Part shown: piece by piece, positions 55,801 to 64,000 of the stretch | Layout of the letters: every line of letters begins with the position of its first letter | Numbering within the stretch: the stretch's first letter is position 1 | Translations under genes and position numbers: made by a program | Origin: Calcarisporiella thermophila CBS 279.70 | Lineage: Eukaryota > Fungi > Calcarisporiellomycota | NCBI RefSeq assembly: GCF_041956535.1 | Contig: NW_027192210.1 | Coordinates: 504,021-568,020, forward strand | DNA: 64,000 nt | Reading direction: 5' to 3' | Notes under the pieces: model-generated | Told to the model about the DNA's origin: nothing | The model's database searches: none | What the model saw: only the letters and a program-made list of their open reading frames with translations

Positions 55801-56102
55801 TTTTGCCACCCCGCATTCAAACTATACCAACTCAATCTCTCTCCAACTAAGACATGCTTGTACATACCTGTTTGCTGGCCAACGATCCATCCAATTACTG
55901 CCTCCAACTCCGAGCCTGGATTTTCCTGAATGGCAAGCTGAGCAATGGAATCTTCAAAACCCATCGTGACGAGCTGAGCGTGCAGATCGTCAATCGATAA
56001 CGGCTGAGGGGAACCAATTGCATTGTTATTGCTGGTGGTATTGCTGGTACTGATATGGGCTGCCACACCTGTCCTTTCGGCGGACACTGTGGGTCCTGTC
56101 AT
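52880..56102 (-). CDS. RNI-like LRR protein, PP1 regulatory subunit (PPP1R37/Mhp1/Gip3-like), with N-terminal UBA-like and C-terminal GAT-like regions; 3 exons
   Basis: LVTMGFEDSIAQLAI (UBA), KKGILK and KRVRF PP1-docking motifs, YLTTCKQREEPP, RNI repeats, LLSVNDRIAAALEHY. Confidence 0.85.
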
Positions 56103-57197
56103 CACGTGCTGAGGGAAGAATTTGAAGATCGAGAGGAATCCGAGTAGAAATATTGATCGAGAAGTTAAGTATATTGATAGTGGAGGGAGGTAGTGGCCGT
56201 AAAAATCCACCGATGATCTCAAGCTCTGGGCGAAAGAGTTGTTTACGCCGAAATGAGAGGCGCTTCAATTGGCCAAGATTAATAAGAAAAAGAGGTTGCG
56301 CTCTCAAATTTTCTTTTCTCAGTTTTGTAATACCTCAGGCAACAAACGATAAAACCGACTCTGAGTGAAAAAGCCAAAACGCTAAGCCGCTTCTCCCCCT
56401 TTCTATCTTGGAAATTAATGAAAATGTTTTGGTAGGTGGCTTTGATAGCTTAGAAAAGCAAGAGCCGTATAATGATCGATGGCTGAATAACCCCCAAGAT
56501 TATACGCAGCCTAGGTGACGCACAATAACTGCTGTGATTGAAATCAACCTCCAGCAGGTATTGAAACTGGGCCGGAATTCCGCACAGGACCGCTCCGCCT
56601 ATTCTTTCTCATAAAAATAGGTATGAAAGCTTGGGCAATCTAGGAGGAGCGTTGTGTCGAAGGGGATTAATGTTCTGAATAACTCCAGCGAGGATGAGCG
56701 GTTTGCGCGGGCTTATTGTAATCGACCCCAATCAAGGTAGAGCTATCATTCTTAAATATAGGCTAGAATATTACAGTTACACTGGGATTCAAAGTATTCC
56801 AACCCGCTTGTTCTATATGGGCCACCTCTTAACCTAGCTACAAGTCATCAGGGGTACAGAAATTGGTGTAGCTCCACTGGGCAGTCCGTAGCCTTTTGAA
56901 TACTAAAAACAGATTTAAAATATCGTATTATTAGGGTTACTGCTCTCATCCTAGGAAAAGATTATATTGGGTTATGAAATATATTTTACAACTACAAATA
57001 AAATATAATTAAACAAGCAATGCTGTATAAGAGGAGAGGTATTGAAGCAAATTCAGTAACCAAAGTGATTTACTACAAAACTCTATGGTCATGGGCCCGC
57101 TATTGCATACCGACATCGATTCTATATCCATCAGACATTATTGAAGTGAGCGTAGAGTAGATATTATCTCTTCGCCCGTTCCCACCGCCTTTACCAC

Positions 57198-57548
57198 TCA
57201 CTTATTTAATTCCATACTATCACATGGTTCATCAACCATAACTCTTGCTGCCCCCATAAACCTATACAGATTACAATTAGCGTCTAGATGCGTAACCACG
57301 ACTAATTTTTCCCTAGCCAATGGGAACTACTACTCTACTTACATGGCAGTATGAATTGCACCTAGTCTTCGCACGTTTTTCGCATGAGCTCCTGCCATCT
57401 CAAGTTGCCGTGACAATCTCTGAACATTGGACTGAAGTCGATCAAGTTTTAGACTAAGTTGGGCATAATTAGCGGATTTCAAGGTGGAGGTAGTGTTTGA
57501 TTGGGACAAGGTAGAAATTCGGAAGGTTCGATCTCCCATTGATTGCAT
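57198..57548 (-). CDS. HSK3: DASH/Dam1 kinetochore complex subunit Hsk3; 2 exons
   Basis: NYAQLSLKLDRLQSNVQRLSRQLEM...VRRLGAIHTAM-FMGAARV matches the Hsk3 pattern. Confidence 0.8.
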
Positions 57549-57861
57549 TTTATGTATTGTAAAAAGAAAAAAAAGAGTATCCAAAAAAAAGAGCAATAAT
57601 TAAAATTCGCGAATACGCGTTAGAAATATCCAGTTAATATCCCGCAGGATAAATTGGCCGAAGGAGAGCGAAAATCTATTTTAAATAGAAAATAAAGGAA
57701 ACCGAATGTCAGTTACGAAAAAGGGTAACTAGGAAAGAAAGAGAATAAAAAAAAGGCACCCCAATCCATGAAACAGAAATACAAAAAAAAAAAGAATAGG
57801 TAAGAAAAAGTGTGCGACTCTTAGAGTAGGCAAAAAAAAAATAATCCAACCATCGCCTCGC

Positions 57862-59180
57862 TTAGTTTTTCTCGTCTTTCCCGTTGGTTTCATGATTTCC
57901 GTTTATTTCTGCAGAATTATGATTTAAATATTCGGGGTTCTGCCACGGGCCTGCATCGCTTGAACGGCATCCACCTTGCTCGGCGCAAGTACACTTTCCC
58001 CCAAGATAGCTCGGCAGATTTTCGGGATCTATGTCCTTCAAAAGGGCAGACTGGTAGCGCGAGCCAAGGATATGAATTTTATTGACTGTGACTTCATCTA
58101 GGAAAGGCTAAATGGAAAGCCGATTAGTTAAAAGCCTCTTCCCCAAGCCTTCCCATCGGCTGCACTATTCTTACCTTAATTAATGCCCAGATGGAGGAAA
58201 ATAGGAAAGGAGCATTGATGATATACATTTTGCCCATAAGCTATTCAAAACAAGTCTTGATGAGCATGGGTTCCATCGTTAGAGCTACAAGAAGAGACGA
58301 CCTACCTCTGGGTAATAGTCCTGTGCGATAGAGGAGGTAAGGCGGACAAACCCAAGAACGGTGGTGATGTTCATCATCTTGACGCCCTTCAAGTCCATGA
58401 TGGTAAAGGATTGCTCGATATGACGACCTGCCTTTGCAGAACACGCAACGAAGCGTTGATTGATGAGCTTCTCGTACCTAGTTAATTGGATGAGAAACCA
58501 GGTGAGCCTACCCCTGGAGGGTCCCTCAAGCTGGAAAACAAAATTTACCCAACAACGAACTGCTTGAGCATGCGATCCTCGGTAGTGATCTTGAAGAGCT
58601 CATTCACGTCAATATTGCCCAGGTGCTCGATATAGATAGGCCGGCCAATACGGTCTGTTTTATGGTACTATCATATAACGTATGGTTAGCAACCATTTGG
58701 GCTCGACAGATGGAGGGCGACTTTTTTCGGGTTCGAAATGAAACTTCGAGGAGAGAGTTTCAGATCAGATCATCAACTTACGTAGCGAGGGTATATTTTC
58801 GCTATCTTTTCCGCCTCAGGAAATTCGAATTCTTTCACCAGTTTGTCGACGCCGAACTCCTTACGCCATTTTTCGCATGCGATGAACATGGCCTTGGTCG
58901 CGTCCAGATCGAATTTCCGGGCGCGCAAAAATCTTAGTAAACAGTGATCATCATGTCGCGATGGATCGAAGTATCCGCCCTGTTGAAGCTCACTGCGGAA
59001 ACGTTCTAGTGCAACCTCCTGCATGGGCGTGAGGGTGTCGAGTCTCCCTGTGCCGCCGTAGCTAAGGGCGGCTGAGGGGCGCACGGGGCGCATGGAGAGG
59101 GTGGAGAGGGTGCGGGGAGTGTGCAAAGGGGAGGGGGTAAGGAGGTCGTCGTTGGTTTGGGTTTCGAGATGGCGACTCAT
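57862..59180 (-). CDS. SEC14: Sec14 phosphatidylinositol/phosphatidylcholine transfer protein; multi-exon
   Basis: DDHCLLRFLRARKFD, YPRYYHKTDRIGRPIYIE, AQDYYPE, INAPFLF, SDAGPW. Confidence 0.95.
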
Positions 59181-60028
59181 GGATGCAGGTTTTCAACAAG
59201 TAGGAAAGAAGAGCAGAGAGAGAAATGGGCAAAATTAACGATGATGATCTGAAAATAAATAGGTCAATCAATTGAATAAGAATTCAAATTGCAGTGGCCG
59301 GAAACTGGAGAAGATTGAGAGAGAATCAGATGAACTAGTAGAGGCAGGAGAAGGTTCTTGTCCACACTAACAGATGAGCATAAGAGAGGATAGCTAAAGA
59401 GGAGGGAATGAAGATGAGCGATCTATAATTAAGCACTTGACAAAAGAAACTAGTTGCAAGAAACCGTTAACAACAGTGTACAAGTTTATCTCCACGGATA
59501 ATTTAATTCGCAGGGCAAAAATAAAGCTAGCCCACTCAGAAAGGGGAGATCGCGCCAGAGCCGATTACTGAACCATTCGGTTCGTTGTGCTCCTGCAATC
59601 CTATGATCTCCTCAACCTTCTTTCCCCCTTCGAATCCTGGCACTTCTTCCCGTTCCTCTGCTCTTCCTCTAAACTCGAAGGCTGCCTCTCTGCTTTTGTC
59701 TCCCTGAAGGCCCCATTATGTTCCTCGACATCTTAGCTTGTGTGCCTTCCATAACGCCGGCTGACAAATCGCTTATTTATTATAAAATTTTTCATTATTT
59801 ATTAATACTGTAATGGGTACACTTTGGGCCGAACTCGGTTGGGCAGCACTTATTGATATGTACTTTTATTCCAAAGGACCGTAAATAAAAAGAAAATAAA
59901 ACTACTGTAGGAGCTACGTGCAGGCAATTATACTAGGCAGTGACTATTGGTTTCTTTGAGAACAAGGATTGGAGGGTTTTGAAGGTGGAATGATTCTTGG
60001 GGAGGGAACAACATTCTCTATGTTGCAA

Positions 60029-60478
60029 TCATTCCTGCGACTCACCCTGCTGCTCCTCAACATTATTCACCTGATTCTGGTCGGGTTGCTCTTCGACATT
60101 ATTCTCTTGCTTCTGGTCCGGCTGTTCCTCGATCTTCTTCTCTTGCTTCTTCTCTTGCTTCTTGCCGTGCTTCTTGCCGTGTTTCTTGCCGCGCTTTTTA
60201 TCGTCCTTGCAGTCCTTTTTGCCGTGCTTCTTTTTGCCCTTACGATGATGTTTTCCCTTCTTGTGCTTCTTCTTGTCACCGTGGCCGGGAGTGGACGAGG
60301 GCAGAGCAGTTTGGCTCGCAGAGGCGGAGGAGGAGATGGATGAAGAGATGTCTCCGGTGGGCACGGGCAAGGCTGTCAGAACGGAGGTCTGCTCAGGCTC
60401 GGTCTCAGACTGTTCCTGAGCGATGGCAACGGCGGAGAAGGCGAGAGCAGCAAAGGCAAGGACAGTGAAGTACTTCAT
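60029..60478 (-). CDS. Small secreted protein with Lys/His-rich basic tract and Gln/Glu-rich repeat tail; intronless
   Basis: Signal peptide MKYFTVLAFAALAFSAVAIA; KKHGKKHGKK and EEQPDQ repeats; TATATATAA upstream near 60620. Confidence 0.8.
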   Translation of the reverse strand: MKYFTVLAFAALAFSAVAIAQEQSETEPEQTSVLTALPVPTGDISSSISSSASASQTALPSSTPGHGDKKKHKKGKHHRKGKKKHGKKDCKDDKKRGKKHGKKHGKKQEKKQEKKIEEQPDQKQENNVEEQPDQNQVNNVEEQQGESQE

Positions 60479-61888
60479 GGTGGTGCTTGTTCTAGAGGTG
60501 GGTGATGAGAAAAGCTAGTGTGGATGGGAAAGAAAGAGAGGATGAGAGGGGTGCAAAGCTTTCAAGGAGAGAAAGTTGTTGCTTTTCAGTATGGCAACCA
60601 TCCGGAAAAGCTGGGCTTCTTATATATAGGAGATCTCCTCTGGGGATCGGACGTGGAAATAAAGATAAGGTAGGAGTGATTTTCAGTAGCAATGAATACA
60701 GCCGTAGGACGAAATTCTAAATCTAATAATAACCGCGGTCGGGTACACTCGTTTTGCAACACTATACTGCATGTGGTGAGGCCAACTGTGATTTGATTTT
60801 AACCATGACAATTGATTTCTATTAATTTTCTTGGCGTTAACGATATCCGGATTATTGCCCTCGGCCGCGGCCCCCCCTCCACGCGCTCTCCGCCAATATC
60901 GCTCCTGTTCTAGAGCGCAAGTTCGTCAGCGCCGGATCAAGTTCAGCCTAACTTCAGGTGGTATCCACGGCAACACGCCGGCCAGGCCCACCTTACTGAT
61001 CTGCGAACATGGGTGAGGATTTGTGACAACTTTCAAGCGCTTCACCAGTAGGATGGGTTGGAGCAAGAGCATCGTAGGAGCTAAAGACCGGCATGTGCCC
61101 ACAAGCTATGACGTTAACTCTATTAATTTTAGCTTCGCTGGTGCGAATTAAAAATCCATTTAGAAACGCCCTTTCATTGGAATCGAGAACGTAATCATTA
61201 GAGGGCCTCCCGTGTGATTGATAAGCTTTCCAATCTCAACATTTTGCATGAACATAACGTAAAACTAAGCAAGAGCGAGGCTAGTATTGCAAATGATAAT
61301 TGAGTTATATTAGGCTCACTACACCTGGAGTCGGGGCTCTCTATCCCAGGCACCGGTTGAAAGGCTCAAATTGCTCCATCCGTCCACACACAGCCCCTAA
61401 TTTCCTTCCAATTTGGCTTGTACCAAGGGCTTTAGGTTATAGGGGAGTCGTGGCCCTCGGGAGGACGAGGGCCTCCAACCGCTCCCAAAACTCAGTTCTA
61501 ATAACCACACCTACGTCATGCTTGTGGCTGTTCCCAGGAAAGCTATTGAACCAGTTGGGCTTTCATGGAGACAGAGCTTTACAGTCAGTCGCCCAGCATT
61601 TTGCAGATGGATTATTCCCGATCGGGAATAGTATCGGCTTCTTAATTGCTTTTCATCACAAGGGATGGCCGTCCCGCAACAATAACAGATCGTTTGCTCT
61701 GGATCTTTCATATTGTTATTATTACTAATGCTCTTGAAAAAAAAAACGTAGAATGGGGGAGTGGAAATACCAACCAAAAAAAAAATTAGACCAAAAAAAG
61801 ACTACTATACACACATCACAACACACGTCTTAATTACAAAACAGAGATCACAAAAATAGCCTAAGGGGAGAATTTTGGTGCTGGGATA

Positions 61889-63093
61889 TTAGAATTGTAA
61901 TGCGGGCGGCCGACTTTTCCTTACGCGCTCCTCTCCCACCAGGGTCCACCCAGACCTGCCTCCGATCAGAACTCGTACCACCCTCATCATCACCGTCAAC
62001 GGCAAGAAGATCCAACCCACAAGCCAACCGCTCCACGATGTTCCAGCGTCCCGCAACATCAACTCGTGCTCATGCAACCGAGCCTCGAGGCGGGAGAACC
62101 GCTGCGACAAGCCGGTCGCAGACTCATTGCGCGTGAAACGATGGACCCTTCGCTCGAGAGTGTGGATAGCAGGCTCAACTCCGCCACGCAGCTCCTGAAT
62201 ATCACCCTTGGTTGCGCACGCACCCTGGAGTTTGACCATAAACGACTCCAATTCTTTGACGTGGCCCTTCAGAGCCTCAACTTCTCGATCCGTGGCTCCC
62301 CCCTTGTTCATGCGCGGGGGGCGAGTGAGGGGAGGGCGCTGCGCTTTTCCTTGCCAAAGCTTCAGAACATGAATAAAGGGGCGGATCGCGGTAGCGAACA
62401 CAAAAAGACGAACGTCAAGGTCAGATAAATAGCGGGTGCTGCTTAAAAAGGAGCGGCCCCAGCGCAGCGTCCACCCCGCCACAAATGGTGAGGCGAGGAC
62501 AAGAATGAGGCAGCAGCGTTCTTGAGCGAGGAGCTGGGCCGCCATACGATGGCGTAGCTCGCGATCTTCTTCCGTTTCTTCATCCTCATACTCCCCCTCT
62601 ATTGGCTCGTTCTCCTCCATCACCTCTTCCTCTAACTCTTCGTTGCCACCAAGGAATTCATCATTCGAATCCTCCATGGTGGGAGATTTTCTGTAATTCT
62701 TTCCGTGTTCCTGCTCGCGTGCCTTCCCCTTGTCCTTGTCGCCCGATCTGGCACTCTTACTCGTGAACGCCCCTTGATATCTATCAGGTAATTCGCACGC
62801 ATATCGTTTCGCTCTCGTTAGATTATATAATTCCCAGGGTGCTTAAGGGGTTGAAGAAAGGAGAAAATTAAGTTGCGAGTAGAAATCTCACCCATTCGCA
62901 GCAACTAACCTTTCACAATTTGGAAAAGATAAAACCCAAGTACCACTAGCCACACCATGTCTCCCCATACCTCTTGTTTCCCAAATGCAAGAGGTCCAAA
63001 TGCGGGTAGCAGAGTAACCAGTATAGGCCAGGCGTGATCAACGGCGGTATCCGGTGGGGATTGGACGCGTGTTTTGGATTTTGTTGATAACAT
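61889..63093 (-). CDS. Uncharacterised multi-pass membrane protein with acidic loop and coiled coil; 2 exons
   Basis: WPILVTLLPAFGPLAFG...FYLFQIVK|APWELY, LVLASPFVAGWTL, LFVFATAIRP, C-terminal hydrophobic helix. Confidence 0.8.
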
Positions 63094-64000
63094 GGTTATG
63101 TTTTATTTTAGTTGATGAGAATTAAAAGGCCATTAAGAAGCTGTATTCGAATTTTTTTTTTCGTTGAGGTGAGAAGAGAGGCGTGGGTCACAAATTGTGT
63201 GAGGATTTTTTAATTTGGATATATTTTCATTTCACTATTTTTCAAGAGTGTGTGCATCGAAATCAATAAAATTTTGAAGGAGATAATGCGGAGAGATAGG
63301 ATCAGTCCAGAGGCAGGCTCGCGCATTGAATTCGGTAGGTACCCATGTCTCTTTATTTTTTGAAATACAAATAAGAGGAGCATAGAAAAGGGCGACATGG
63401 ACGGCAACCAAAGGAATAAATCTTAACAAAATTGTACAAAATGAACATATTAATGTTCGGCTAATTTAACTTCCCTCAAAGTTCACTAAAATACAGTTTC
63501 TGGGTTATGTTTCCACATCCTCGGTCTCTCTGGTACTGAAATAAACTGATTTTCCCATGGAGAGCTCTACTTGCATATTTCTATGAACTTGACTGTCATA
63601 CATCTCTCCAAGGCTTTGCTTTGGCTCTTCTCCCGGCCATGGGAATTAGTGTCCTAATTCCCATGAGTTGACTAAAGTTTCGGTGGCGGTGCTCGGGGGC
63701 GTGAGCTGCGGTTTTGGCCTGTCTATTCCGTTTTCATGGATGAGGTTGCGGGTAAACCCATGGAGACAAGCTAAAGAGATGAAGTTTTAAGTTTTAAGGA
63801 GTGTGGAAAATCGATGGCCACTTCAAATCTTAAACTATGAAAATGGACATGATGTTACTCCAAATAAAATAGAGTGTCTAGTGGTGACCGCTGGATTGAA
63901 GAATGAATTCAGCTACTGCAGAAGTAGCTAATAGTGAAAGGTGGGAAATTAAAAAGAAATCCCAATAAAAGGGAGGATATCAAGTCGAATATAGGATAAA

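Noticed and set aside
58729-58740. GGTTCGAA T-loop-like motif
   Set aside because: Within a SEC14 intron; no cloverleaf can be formed
61511-61711. Small Cys-rich ORF (MKDPEQTICYCCGTAIPC...)
   Set aside because: No signal peptide or family match; lies directly downstream of another gene's 3' end

Overview
Gene-dense, intron-rich eukaryotic DNA from a fungus that is most likely early-diverging (Mucoromycota-like). This is inferred from the many short GT-AG introns, the fungal-type HOM3/PCL/HSK3/SEC14 genes and the animal-like genes Twinkle, SCAI, CCDC6 and COPS9. The ORF track is fragmented by introns, so I rebuilt about 33 gene models by hand from splice sites and conserved motifs. Most are housekeeping genes. 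An AT-rich, gene-sparse stretch (~23.1-32.4 kb) carries a secreted Kex2-repeat/poly-His precursor, a MATA/Sex-type HMG-box transcription factor, an amicyanin-like secreted blue-copper protein, RPS25 and a tiny COPS9. Best leads: (1) two paralogous secreted Kex2-processed repeat precursors (23.7 kb and 46.8 kb) that would release Asn-rich ~50-75 aa peptides with a shared core, candidate functional-amyloid/repellent-type surface peptides; (2) a 1-nucleotide exon at 22178 required to build the CCDC25/JLP2 frame; (3) a bacterial-type amicyanin-like cupredoxin with a spliceosomal intron; (4) a fungal Twinkle with an intact 4-Cys zinc finger. No tRNA, rRNA, CRISPR or clear transposon was recognised.
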